DNA of 64,000 nucleotides, taken from positions 1 through 64,000 of the forward strand of contig JANOAV010000021.1 of assembly GCA_031411295.1 (NCBI GenBank). The letters run 5' to 3'. The position numbers and the translations under genes were made by a program. Under the pieces are notes generated by a model. It ran no database searches, had not been told where the DNA came from, and saw only the letters and a program-made list of their open reading frames with translations. This document shows positions 39,601 to 46,981 of the stretch, piece by piece (positions within the stretch are counted from its first letter, which is position 1; every line of letters starts with the position of its first letter). The stretch comes from Verrucomicrobiales bacterium. GTDB lineage: Bacteria > Verrucomicrobiota > Verrucomicrobiia > Verrucomicrobiales > V1-33.

Positions 39601-41751
39601 GATGGCGGAATGATCGTCCGTGCTCGTATAGAAGGCGGTCGTATCATCCAACGCTTCCGTCAGTGTGCCCAGCCCGGCAGCCCCGGAGATCAGGAGCGAA
39701 AAAACCTGGCTCTTGGTTGTGGGATTGCGTTGCAGATAATTGCGCGTGGCTCCGAACGGCACTGCCGCCAATGGATAGGACTCCGTCAGCGTGCCCTTGT
39801 GGGTCACCCGCACTTTCCATGGACGATCCTGCGTGATCGTGCCGGTCGCCACCTGCTCCACGTTGTTAACATTATCATCCCCATGACCAGCATTTCCCCC
39901 GGGATTGGTGCGCGACAGCGTCCAGGGTCTGGATTCGCTGTCTGAGGGTGAAATGAGGCGGAGATCGAGATCATGCACTAACACCGGTGTGGTGGAATTG
40001 TCTGCCTGCGCTGGTCCCGCAGGGTCCGTCCAGCACAGCGTGGCTTTTAAATATTTAGCCGCATCCGGCATCACGAAAAACTCATCCATCTCCGCCACCC
40101 CGGTCGCCAGCACGCCCTCACGCAACGACCAGGGCTTGGCCTCCGCCTCCGCTATCATATCCGCCGCGCGCTGGGCATTCACCAAGCCGTAGCCGAACTT
40201 GTAGTCCGGCCCCTGATTCCCCACATCATCCGCCGTGTGCATGAGCAGACCTTTCATGGTGCTGGCACGCAGCCCTCGGTGCAGCTTTAGCAGCGCCTGT
40301 TCCTGGAGCAGCACGACAGCCCCAGTGGCGGAGGGACACGCCATGCTGGTGCCACTCATGTCAATATACCCTCCTCCAGGAGCGGCTGAATAGAGATTAT
40401 CCCCGTTGCAAACCACATCCGGCTTCAGCCGCCCGTCGTCCTCCGGTCCAAGACTGGAAAAAGAGGTGATCGCCAAATCTGTCAGATCCCGATAATAATG
40501 AAGGTCACTGCCCAGCGAGACCGCATCCTCACACGCTCCTACCGAGAGGATGTTTTTGGCCCCATTTTTGCCCGAAATTGTCTCCCAACCATTCGTCCGT
40601 TTGCTTTGGTCATTTCCTGCGGACACGCAGGCTAGGTGGAACGGGGCCGCGAATAAAATCGCATCGTAAGTTGCGGAACTGGAGTCATAGTCTCCGGCCA
40701 GACTTGGATTTGTATCGTAATGCACGCCGTAGGAATGATTGGAAACCATGAAACGCGACAGGTAATTTCCTGGCGCGAAATTCCAACTGGCCTGAGTCTC
40801 GACCGCTGCAGCACCGGCGGCTATATCAGCGGTCAGAGTCGCATCATTAAAGGATCTGGCCATGATCTCGCATTCGGGAGCCATGCCCGTGGCGTAGCTG
40901 GAGATCCCCTTCGCGCCAATGGTGCCGCAGACATGGGTGGGATGGTTTGCATCCGTGCCCGATCCAGCGATGCTGAGTTCATTCCAGTGCACACGGGAAA
41001 AACCATCACTTCCGCCATATTCTGGATGGGACACATCCGGTTTTCCACCATCCCAGACGGCCACATCAAGGTATTGGCCACTGAGATTATACGGAGCAGC
41101 CTGCCGGATCGCAACCACGTTGCTGGAAAGAGCCGAATAGTAATTAAAAACTCCCTGATAAACTGGCTCGCCATTTTCCAACCGATCAAGATAGACCTTG
41201 CTTCCGTCCGTCAACTGCTTCACCAGCGGCCACCCCATGAGTTTCGCTTTGGCCTCGGCCTCAGCCCGCTGACGTTTCCCCATGGTGGCAAGGGCGGCCA
41301 CGGTGCGGTTCCGGGCCTCATCCGTGGAAAGATCAATCGCAATCTTCCCACCAAATCCGTCAGGAATCAATTGCGGCGGAGCCACGGGTTCGGGCAGCTT
41401 GCCTGAACCTGGAACCCACGCCCACGCAAAGGCAGGTTTCCCGGCAAAGGATTGTCCAGCCGCAGCGAGGGGGGGGCGGGCAACCTGCTGGGTTGCCGCA
41501 TTCGGCTGAGCATACGGAATGTTTACTGGTTCCAGCAGGGCAGCAAGCCACGCTGAAGGATCGTTGGTTGCAGCCGATAGCGATGGCACCGTGGCACCCA
41601 CGCCGGAAGTAGTCTGAGCAGTGGCAGTCTTGCTGGCAGGAGTTTCTGGCTGATCCGACGGACTGGTGGCAGGCCCACGCAGGAGGAGGAAAAGCAACAG
41701 AAATCCGATTGCGGACGCAAGAGTTAGGACGAGCACTTTGGCTTTTTTCAT
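30679..41751 (-). CDS. Giant (about 3,690 aa) surface S8 subtilase-adhesin with FN3-like, discoidin, two F-type lectin, CSLREA/beta-helix/choice-of-anchor-Q, LamG and C-terminal domains
   Basis: Start ATG 41751 (MKKAKVLVLTLASAIGFLLLFLLL). S8 triad VWDGG, HPTHVCGTIG, SGTSMACP plus oxyanion SAGND; three SLREA motifs; GGGIY/GGAI repeats; LANNGGP..SPAVDA..DARG..DIGAYE; HT..NRxDCC..R lectin motifs; LamG FTVSCW..WYHLAATYD..YVNG. Confidence 0.92.
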   Translation of the reverse strand: MKKAKVLVLTLASAIGFLLLFLLLRGPATSPSDQPETPASKTATAQTTSGVGATVPSLSAATNDPSAWLAALLEPVNIPYAQPNAATQQVARPPLAAAGQSFAGKPAFAWAWVPGSGKLPEPVAPPQLIPDGFGGKIAIDLSTDEARNRTVAALATMGKRQRAEAEAKAKLMGWPLVKQLTDGSKVYLDRLENGEPVYQGVFNYYSALSSNVVAIRQAAPYNLSGQYLDVAVWDGGKPDVSHPEYGGSDGFSRVHWNELSIAGSGTDANHPTHVCGTIGAKGISSYATGMAPECEIMARSFNDATLTADIAAGAAAVETQASWNFAPGNYLSRFMVSNHSYGVHYDTNPSLAGDYDSSSATYDAILFAAPFHLACVSAGNDQSKRTNGWETISGKNGAKNILSVGACEDAVSLGSDLHYYRDLTDLAITSFSSLGPEDDGRLKPDVVCNGDNLYSAAPGGGYIDMSGTSMACPSATGAVVLLQEQALLKLHRGLRASTMKGLLMHTADDVGNQGPDYKFGYGLVNAQRAADMIAEAEAKPWSLREGVLATGVAEMDEFFVMPDAAKYLKATLCWTDPAGPAQADNSTTPVLVHDLDLRLISPSDSESRPWTLSRTNPGGNAGHGDDNVNNVEQVATGTITQDRPWKVRVTHKGTLTESYPLAAVPFGATRNYLQRNPTTKSQVFSLLISGAAGLGTLTEALDDTTAFYTSTDDHSAIGWGWENTESHLGGSASAAVSPLLLPGQRTGLERNVTGPGTLTYWAKTNGAATAGLSFWSDGIQVVPTVQGVTDWTKYTFFIPSAGNHVVRWQYSIPSNVAPDHSSAWLDEIYFLPKPVITSASGTSDFVQVNFSFSGRSIKGGTVYRNSTPSLTGATSSNVWSSSGNATGNGLAYVSNGTGRYFAVEAWDTATNQTSLLSDWFLATLQLGFIQSFSASNGIYSDKIVLTWSAVPGADQYVVTRTPAGGSSTTITLGAVTTYTDTAAVTPGQVVTYTVKGRRVSDGAESFVSTDTGYRLDPATVSVAASDGTGPAVNIVWPGAFWTEYRVLRTTSAGSPTSGNAYITVPTGNTSGTDSTTVPGVTYWYWVQQRTVGTNDPWGDYGSDTGYAAAPPDVNYAISTSDNIAGPQFQWIDASMGGEKIAGQTLIKPISALMEAGTAENPIYNVINDTGLSGSARLASYIGTTHSTAQADRWNTTASGSNYFNAGGVQPKIIFDLGAAYKVSDLVVWGIAGSADEAKTFLLEPVYFDSVNTHQWQVWPTGQSVTVSTPAATAGKAVRIPLTGSPFSNDGHQFLRVTITANRVGEGLSGGGRVALGELRFLGTGTDYGQYPQLQMFSANYTLVDPSLHGYLGGQPDNGSDSTNDTTLPATPDLGANGFRLYPYHDALDTARSGGVFYQSFTNNPHPHGSPAETLKVWQWQDAHLAGHPEAFSFQVLVFGTSGDIIFQYLPGNPGGDSATIGLQDKANNKAVLYAANKPGSIPRDRNFSILFRKQAPATAQPATLTVTTLTDEDNGSLGGGTGISLREAFKYSPSGSTIVFPLSMAGQTLQLNSELPLGNTSLTLDGSTAPGLVLSGRGLNRVINSVGALTLKNLTIDAGKTTSNHGGGIYHGGSVLTLENVTISNCQSTTGFGGGIYAANTTTVVMRNCTVSGCSAVGGGGIWMAAAAGVGQRSVNFTIIGCTFTANAATTNGGGGIYNGGLTTDSYPERHLVSSIVAGNASTTSGPDFLGITGSDGYNLFSSTAGMSGLSPNDIVSATPGLSALANNGGPVKTHAILPTSPAVDAAAGPGGGYFLLTDARGIPRGADGDSEFPVQIGSEISLAGAVATQSSENPGFPAPNGIDGNLSNFTHTSPSDSSPAWTLTLPSTNAVSQIVLYNRGDGCCQERFKDLTIRAYSDAAATNVIYTSPVINPGNVLSSPAVIPVSLNGVSARVIRVSKNSTGTDAGILSLGEVKLYGVQQDLVSVSLAGAVATQSTTFNCGPGCATPDLAIDGDFTSISHTEVGDFAPWWKVTLSATTQIDEVVVTNRIDCCPYRLKDVTVTVYSDAAATVPVFTSTLLNPGNILNGPVELRVPMGITVNARAIKVARTVVNGDAEPFLSVGELVINRYNTRRNIGGPDIGAYELQAPLIVTTAADTLDPADGKLSLREAVLQAGADGGGTIKFNTTAMGGSTITLTSQLNVSAYRGLVIEGSSRPAAATFTVLGTGTAALLGSDLTDPENDGVGTGGTKGTKFNWLDVTTSDTSQAYFNDGTGGFAEGALEVFDNQLGANAKWCCAAAPQQVTVRFAKPVTLSHFTISSSNDTPSRDPLDWQILGSNDGANFTPIFTQSGNTSLWSARNQVVLVTLPNIAPPYSFIRYAVSRTGGTQHALGELEFFGPSPDRLTISGGNATRHFQVDGGRLELRNLNLINGSTTNSGGSILNKGELAIMACELRGNNSGLGGGALRNEAGAMALLDSSTIYNNTAATGANGGAISSSGRVEITQSTISGNTADGGGGIGLTGGSAHLVSSTVSNNTSRIAANGAVNNAGASLKLESSIVANDSTTQEIIGSFTQDGSCLLGGDAMLGPLGSYGGLIPVHPLLANSAAIDHGRTSEIPLTSSSDAVTPAASNSAIGSETSKAFDGNPTTAWSSIDPSLVAWWPLDTGTQELVAGRTGAATGAVSFSQSPATGLSGSSVSYASDLSGKITVPYASALNPTSFTVSCWAYPTLVDSNYHNVITNRESSPFRGFIIYLDVTNRWTFEVEGTTVSYLYGNTAFANNWYHLAATYDAPTQTAQFYVNGSLRATATTPMTLNPSAAFRIGDAYAGKIDDVSLWRTALSASEIQALQARGVQNQTRQLTVRPANPLLAAHALRVTSGNGPATDDPASYILEGSRDGETFLELARDTIAPFAARNTTQTLHFTARSGWPYYRVAFPTAQGGPAAARLSVAEVEILNSPVIDERGLERWADGNGDDTFQSDIGAVEARTLIVTTATDGIDGPGNGGFSLREALQPVHMADNILFSETLNGQTIRLATAQGGQNTPLSISRYACISATNLPNGITIDAGGRPSAVSVPVGGYGYLEALTLTGAVGPGLDNAGTAWLQRCTVTGNAATSTSGGLRNTGNLTVHTSTISGNAAGTGSGGGIGNTGTLGVYFTTITGNSASNGGGIAHSGTGTASIWHSIISGNTSAGSRDMAGTAASAGFNLIGVSNGSTGWTASDRTGLIGSPLDAKLGALTSNGGPTRTHTPLAGSPALNAGDPTLFALYLTDQRGQSRIASGIADIGAVEQAAVSRLGADTDGDGMTDDWERFYGLNPNSAADGAQDADGDGQSNASEFLAGTVPTSAASRLRISAFSANSNLLNGKVLDITWESVPGIVYSLWNSANLTNWTPISGANIVAIASTTHVKISIPASNRGYYRVQVGAADGAGAAHEPPPDALLAPVSDWATAGLTSGGAGTTISQWLDAAVGGDTLLPNASPTLRLAVTPTGKSAVEFRGSTFNDALASNVPAGKYALTNATSFTAICVFKPDGDSENSVGTQFWNKAQLLNADISGAGNDWGLSYGSDAIWFGVGAGSGAGTDASISVPAGTGMVGKWWIALATWTANDGSGKPSYSTWLFDANGQQIAQSGYIDPNTTAATTGRYNLPRANTGIAIGGARGNLSGGNFDGHIAAAQLYNVYATPAIASDLAQRLSVIYTSTAAPQ

Positions 41752-41810
41752 GATAGTGACGAAGATAAAACAGAGTGGTGATCGGGGCTGGTCGAGCCCG
41801 TCAGGATTAC

Positions 41811-41840
41811 CTTGTCGAAATCCATGGCTCGGCGTTTCAC
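41811..41840 (-). promoter_or_regulatory. Candidate ECF promoter GTGAAAC-N16-CGACAAG upstream of the giant subtilase gene
   Basis: AAC-type -35 and CG-type -10 with a 16-nt spacer, preceded by an AT-rich tract. Only one clear instance. Confidence 0.35.
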
Positions 41841-41896
41841 AGATTCTGAATATAATTTCTGATTGCAGCGAATTGTGAGCACGATACCATGGCCCG

Positions 41897-42658
41897 GTGC
41901 ACCCGAACGCCACCATTCCCGACGAAAAATCCACTGACTTAGCAGCGGGTGCGGTGGCATTTCCTGCCACGCGCTGGTCGCTGGTGGAAAAGGTGCGCCA
42001 AGGAGGAGCGGAGGCGAAGTTGGCCCACGAGGAACTGTGCCGGCTCTACTGGTATCCCATTTATGCTTTTCTTCGCAGTCATGGCCATAGTCGGGAAGAC
42101 GCTGAGGATACGACCCAGGCTTTTTTTCTTAAATTGCTAGCATCGGAATCCGTTGAGGATGCGGACCGCAGCAAGGGCAAGCTGCGCACCTTTCTCCTGC
42201 ACGTCCTCAAGCGCCATTTGGTGGACGAACGTCGGCATGGTTCCGCCCTGAAGCGCGGCGGGGGAGTGGAATTTATTTCCTTTGAGGAAATGCAGGCAGA
42301 AGCACGCTACGCCAGTGAACCAACTGACAAGCGGGATCCAGAGTTTATTTTCAGACGCACCTGGGCCTGTGAATTGGTGGCGGGAGTCCGCCAGAGACTG
42401 CATCATGATTTCCAGGGACTGGGCCGGAGTGAATTATTTGAGACCTTGCTGCCGTTCCTGTTGTGGGATGAGGAGCCGCCCTCCTACTCCGACGTGGCTA
42501 GAAAGCTACAGACTGGGGAGACCGCAGTTCGCCTGCTAGTGTTTCGGCTCCGGGGCAGGTTTCGTGATGAACTTCGTCGGCATCTCTCTCAGACAGTGGA
42601 CTCGGCGGAGGAAGTTGAGAGTGAAATCGCCTGGTTGAGAGAGGTGCTAGCGATCTAG
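41897..42658 (+). CDS. ECF sigma-70 factor, kinase-associated type (paralog of 10320-11087)
   Basis: FPATRWSLV, LCRLYWYPIYAFLR..DAEDTTQAFF, KGKLRTFLL, KRGGG, PEFIFRRTWA, YSDVARKLQTGETAVRLLVFRLRGRF. Confidence 0.92.
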   Translation: MHPNATIPDEKSTDLAAGAVAFPATRWSLVEKVRQGGAEAKLAHEELCRLYWYPIYAFLRSHGHSREDAEDTTQAFFLKLLASESVEDADRSKGKLRTFLLHVLKRHLVDERRHGSALKRGGGVEFISFEEMQAEARYASEPTDKRDPEFIFRRTWACELVAGVRQRLHHDFQGLGRSELFETLLPFLLWDEEPPSYSDVARKLQTGETAVRLLVFRLRGRFRDELRRHLSQTVDSAEEVESEIAWLREVLAI

Positions 42659-42688
42659 CGGTTGTAGATTTCTGCTAAGTGAGATTTC

Positions 42689-44668
42689 ATGCATCAGCGT
42701 CCCACCGAGATACTCAACCATGGAACCCAGCCCATGCCACATGCGAAAGAGCACCGAATGTGGGAACCGCTTTCGCTTGCGGACATGGATGCAGACCTGA
42801 CTGGGTTTCAGCTCGAGCGGCTCATTGGCTGCGGCGGCATGGGGGCGGTGTATCTGGCGGTGGAACGGGCACTGGACCGTCTGGTTGCCATCAAGGTGCT
42901 GCCCAGAAACTTAATGGATGCAGCGGAGTCATCATTTGTAGAGCGTTTCGTGCAGGAGGCGCAGACGATGGCTCGGCTGAACCACCCTGGGATCGTGCGG
43001 GTGTTCGACTCTGGGCGCACGGCTTGCGGCATGTCCTACTTCGTGATGGAATACGTGGACGGCACGGATCTTTCCCTCGTGCTGCTGGAAGGAGCGCTCC
43101 CGCCAGAACGCTTGCTGGACTTGGCGGAACAACTCTGCCGCGCGCTGGGCGCGGCCCACGCGGAGGGCATCACCCACCGGGACATTAAGCCTTCAAATCT
43201 CCTCCTAACGAAGGGCGGGGAATTGAAAATTGCGGATTTTGGGCTGGCCAAACACCAGGATACCGAGGCGTTAGGCCTAACCCGCTCGAGTGTGGCCATT
43301 GGCACGCCGGACTACCTGGCACCGGAGGCCTGGACACCCGGCACCGTGCTGGACAGCCGGGCGGATTTGTTTGCGGTGGGCGTGGTGCTGTATCAGATGC
43401 TAACCGGTCAGATACCGAGGGGACTCTGGAACCCGGCCAGTGAAGTGGCAGGCACGGATCCGCGTTTCGATGCCATCGTGGACAAGGCCATGCAACCAGA
43501 CCGTAACCAGCGTTATGCCTCCGCTTCCCAAATCCTGGCGGACTTGGCTACGATTCGCAGCACCCCGCCACCAGCCATTACCAGCCCGCCCAAACGAGCA
43601 GGGCTGCGCTGGGTTTTCGCAGGTGCGGGTCTGGCGGGCGCAGCCGTGGCAACGGTGGTGCTGCTGCCCACGCAAGGACCGGCCAGCCATCCGCGGCTGC
43701 CAACGCGGGTGACAACATTGGCTGACGACGGTCCCGGCTCCCTGCGCCAGGCAATGGAGAATTGCGATCAAAATCCCGGGCCGGATACCGTGACGTTTGC
43801 CCCGGATCTGGCCGGCAAAACAATTTCACTAACCGCGAGATCTCCCCGGCTGGCAACCATAACCGCACGCAACAACTCCAACACCACCACGGTGATTGAT
43901 CCGCTCACCATCGACGCCAGTGGTCTGCCCGGCGGTGTGATCTTGTCTGTTAGGCAGGGCTTCTTCTTTTGGCCTGGTGACAGCGTGACCATCACTGGAG
44001 TCACCTTCACGGGTTGTCAGGAACAGAACTCCAATTTTGGCCATCTCACCCTGACCGATTGCACGCTCACCGGCAACACCTCAAAGTCGGGAGGAGGGGC
44101 CTTTTACAACCTCAACAGCGGCAGGCTGGAAATGGTGCACTGTCACCTCACGAACAACAATGCCAACGCAAATGGTGGTGCCGTCCAGAATCTGGGCACG
44201 CTGGTGCTAACGGACTGTGATTTCAAAGGAAACAAAGCCCACGGCAGCGGCGGTGCCATTGCGCATGATGACGGATCGCTGACGATGACAAATTGCACGT
44301 TTTCCGAAAATGAGGCGAAGGTCCAAGGCGGGGCCATGGCGGTGGTGCAGGGCTCGGTGAGTGCTACAAATTGCACCTTTGTCCATAACACAGTCGTGGG
44401 AGAGACCGCGCCCATTCACGGCGGGGGTGGCATCTACCTGGCAGAGTCCACCAACGTTAGACTAACCTCCTGCCTGGTGGCGGAGAACCGCGTAGCCAGC
44501 GGCACGGGGCCAGAGATCTGGAATCAGAGCGGCACCCTGGCACTGCTCCATTCATTTCTGGGAAACAACCTGGACTCCAGCAGCAACAATTCCGAGGGAA
44601 GCACGATCGGCACGCCAACCGTCCCCCTAACATTGAAAGATGCCCCGGCGGACGTGGGAGCGCCTTGA
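42689..44668 (+). CDS. Membrane Ser/Thr kinase with extracellular CSLREA-like/right-handed beta-helix domain
   Basis: IGCGGMGAVY, VAIKVL, HRDIKPSN, DFGLAK, GTPDYLAPE; TM WVFAGAGLAGAAVATVVLL; VTTLADDGPGSLRQA; GGAFYN/GGAVQN/GGAIAH repeats. True start may be 42734. Confidence 0.93.
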   Translation: MHQRPTEILNHGTQPMPHAKEHRMWEPLSLADMDADLTGFQLERLIGCGGMGAVYLAVERALDRLVAIKVLPRNLMDAAESSFVERFVQEAQTMARLNHPGIVRVFDSGRTACGMSYFVMEYVDGTDLSLVLLEGALPPERLLDLAEQLCRALGAAHAEGITHRDIKPSNLLLTKGGELKIADFGLAKHQDTEALGLTRSSVAIGTPDYLAPEAWTPGTVLDSRADLFAVGVVLYQMLTGQIPRGLWNPASEVAGTDPRFDAIVDKAMQPDRNQRYASASQILADLATIRSTPPPAITSPPKRAGLRWVFAGAGLAGAAVATVVLLPTQGPASHPRLPTRVTTLADDGPGSLRQAMENCDQNPGPDTVTFAPDLAGKTISLTARSPRLATITARNNSNTTTVIDPLTIDASGLPGGVILSVRQGFFFWPGDSVTITGVTFTGCQEQNSNFGHLTLTDCTLTGNTSKSGGGAFYNLNSGRLEMVHCHLTNNNANANGGAVQNLGTLVLTDCDFKGNKAHGSGGAIAHDDGSLTMTNCTFSENEAKVQGGAMAVVQGSVSATNCTFVHNTVVGETAPIHGGGGIYLAESTNVRLTSCLVAENRVASGTGPEIWNQSGTLALLHSFLGNNLDSSSNNSEGSTIGTPTVPLTLKDAPADVGAP

Positions 44669-44700
44669 CCTGGAGCAACTTCGCTCTAAGCTACAGTCGC

Positions 44701-46749
44701 ATGACCAATGCTTCCGCCAATTGGGAACCGCCGTCCATCGGAGAAATGGAGACTACGCTGCCGGGCTTTATTTTCAGCGAACTGGTGGGCCGTGGTGGCA
44801 TGGGCGCGGTGTTCATGGCAAAGCAGATTTCACTGGGACGCACTGTGGCAGTGAAGGTCCTGCCCGCTGCGCTGCTGGAACGTGAGGACGCAGGTTACGC
44901 CCAACGATTCGAGCGTGAGGCGCGGCTGATGAGCAAGCTCAGCCATCCCTGTATCGTGAGCGTCTTCAGCTTCGGACAAACAAGCACCGGGCTGCTCTAC
45001 ATGGTGATGGAATTCGTGGACGGAACGGACCTGGCGAAGGTGCTGCGCGTGCAGGGAAGCATGGAGCCCCTGCAAGCCGCCGCCATCCTCAATCAAGTCT
45101 GTGGGGCGCTGGATTGCGCGCATCAGGCGGGGATTGTTCATCGGGACATCAAACCCGCCAACATACTGCTATCCAAGGATGGCACTGCCAAAGTGACTGA
45201 CTTCGGTCTCGCCAAACAACATGACGCGGAAACCAGCGGCCTGACCCAGTCGGGAGTTTCACTCGGCACGGCTGAGTTCGTTGCCCCGGAGGTGCTCAAG
45301 CCCGGAGCAAAAGTAGATGCCAGAGCGGACATCTATGCACTTGGGGTGGTGCTTTATCAGATGCTAACTGCCGAGCTGCCACGGGGCCGCTGGACCCTTC
45401 CTCAAGGCACAAGCAGCACAGGGGGCATCTTAAATGAAATCATCCGCCGGGCCATGCAGTCTGAGCCCATGGATCGCTATCAAAGCACCGTGGAATTGTC
45501 CCGAGATCTCCGCCGGATCCAAACCCGGCAGAGAAAAAAGCGCGGCTTCACCCTACTGACTGCCGCCGCCTGCCTCCTGCTCGTCACTGCCGCCTGGCAC
45601 TGGTGGCCAAAGCCCGTGCCGGTCAAGATTTCCAAAACTGCGGAGGTCACCACCCGCGTCACTACCACTGCAAATTTGGGTCCAGGCTCACTACGTCAGG
45701 CCATGGCGACCGCTTGGGAGCGTCCCGGTCCTCAGGAGATCACCTTTGACCCTAGCCTGTCCGGGAACGTCATCCCCATTGAGGGATCTAACATCGTCCT
45801 CGAACCAAGGGAAGCCGCAGAAAGCGCAGACCACCCGTCCATCACCATCAATGTTTCCAACTTGAAAGGCGGCATCACCATCCGTGGAGGAATCGGAGCA
45901 AAACTCGTCTGCCATGTGGGCAATAACCTCCTGCTCCGCGGGCTCAGGCTCACCGGCGGTTCCGACGCCTATGGGGGCGCCATCCTCAACTCAGGAAATC
46001 TCACCCTCACTGACTGCTTCATTGCCGACAACCATGCCTCTGTGAACGGCGGTGCCCTCGGCAACAACGGAACCATGGTGGTGGAGCGCTGCACCATTTC
46101 CAACAATTCCGCCAAAGCCAACGGCGGTGCCATCAACAGCCTCGGAACCCTCATCGTGAGGGACACTACCTTTTCCGGAAACACCGCAAACCATGGCGGG
46201 GCGGTCATCGTCGGCGGTGGCACTGCGGAATTCAACCGCTGCACGTTCTCCGGCAACGAAGCGCGGCGGACGGGCGGGGCTGTGGCCATCTATGCGTCGG
46301 TGAAAGCAGTCCACTGCACCTTCGCCCAGAACCGAAGCACTGGCATCGCACGCGGTGCTGATGGCGGCGGCGCATTCTCGTTCCTCGAAACCGGCGGCAG
46401 CCTCAACTTGGATGCTTGCATCGTCGCTCAAAACACCGCCGCCACTGGCGACGGCCCGGACATCTGGCACCAGGCCGGGAGCCTCACCATCGTCCGCAGC
46501 CTTGTTGGCATCGTCGGCATCGCAGACGAATCATTAACGATCAACCAGACCTCTGGTAATCTGTTTGGCTCCACAGCCATGCCGCTGGATCCGAAGCTGT
46601 CCCCCCTCGGAGACCACGGGGGACCAAATCAAACCATGCCCCCGTTGCCCGACAGTCCCGCCCGGCATGCCGCCATCGGCTCGAAAGCCATGTTGGATCA
46701 GCGCGGCCAATCCTACAACGGTGTTCCCTCCCTTGGCGCGGTGGAATAA
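44701..46749 (+). CDS. Membrane Ser/Thr kinase with CSLREA-like/beta-helix and choice-of-anchor-Q-like C-terminus
   Basis: VGRGGMGAVF, VAVKVL, HRDIKPAN, DFGLAK, GTAEFVAPE; TM FTLLTAAACLLLVTAAWHWW; VTTTANLGPGSLRQA; LSPLGDHGGPNQTMPPLPDSPA..DQRG..SLGAVE. ATG 44701 preferred. Confidence 0.93.
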   Translation: MTNASANWEPPSIGEMETTLPGFIFSELVGRGGMGAVFMAKQISLGRTVAVKVLPAALLEREDAGYAQRFEREARLMSKLSHPCIVSVFSFGQTSTGLLYMVMEFVDGTDLAKVLRVQGSMEPLQAAAILNQVCGALDCAHQAGIVHRDIKPANILLSKDGTAKVTDFGLAKQHDAETSGLTQSGVSLGTAEFVAPEVLKPGAKVDARADIYALGVVLYQMLTAELPRGRWTLPQGTSSTGGILNEIIRRAMQSEPMDRYQSTVELSRDLRRIQTRQRKKRGFTLLTAAACLLLVTAAWHWWPKPVPVKISKTAEVTTRVTTTANLGPGSLRQAMATAWERPGPQEITFDPSLSGNVIPIEGSNIVLEPREAAESADHPSITINVSNLKGGITIRGGIGAKLVCHVGNNLLLRGLRLTGGSDAYGGAILNSGNLTLTDCFIADNHASVNGGALGNNGTMVVERCTISNNSAKANGGAINSLGTLIVRDTTFSGNTANHGGAVIVGGGTAEFNRCTFSGNEARRTGGAVAIYASVKAVHCTFAQNRSTGIARGADGGGAFSFLETGGSLNLDACIVAQNTAATGDGPDIWHQAGSLTIVRSLVGIVGIADESLTINQTSGNLFGSTAMPLDPKLSPLGDHGGPNQTMPPLPDSPARHAAIGSKAMLDQRGQSYNGVPSLGAVE

Positions 46750-46981
46750 ACGAATCATGCAAAAACGGCGGCAAACTTCAAGCCCCTGGCACTTGCACTC
46801 TGATTAACCATGATAAAAAAGGAATCCGTGGAATCCGCGAGCAGCAAGCCTGATAATCAACCTCTGGAGGTGGTTTTCGCATGCTCCGTGGCACTTACTA
46901 AGAAATAGTCCCCAGAAGATGCTAGGAATGTTTGGTCAAATCTAAACGGGTTACAATTCCATAATCATGTCGCCCCCGCTC

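Noticed and set aside
41752..41970. N-terminal 73 aa of the 3763-aa ORF call
   Set aside because: Overlaps the divergent sigma gene and the promoter region; the signal/anchor begins at ATG 41751.
42670..42700. Second copy of the module-2 promoter upstream of the first kinase (GTGAGAT-N16-CCACCGA)
   Set aside because: Too many mismatches to GTGAAAC-N16-CGACAAG.
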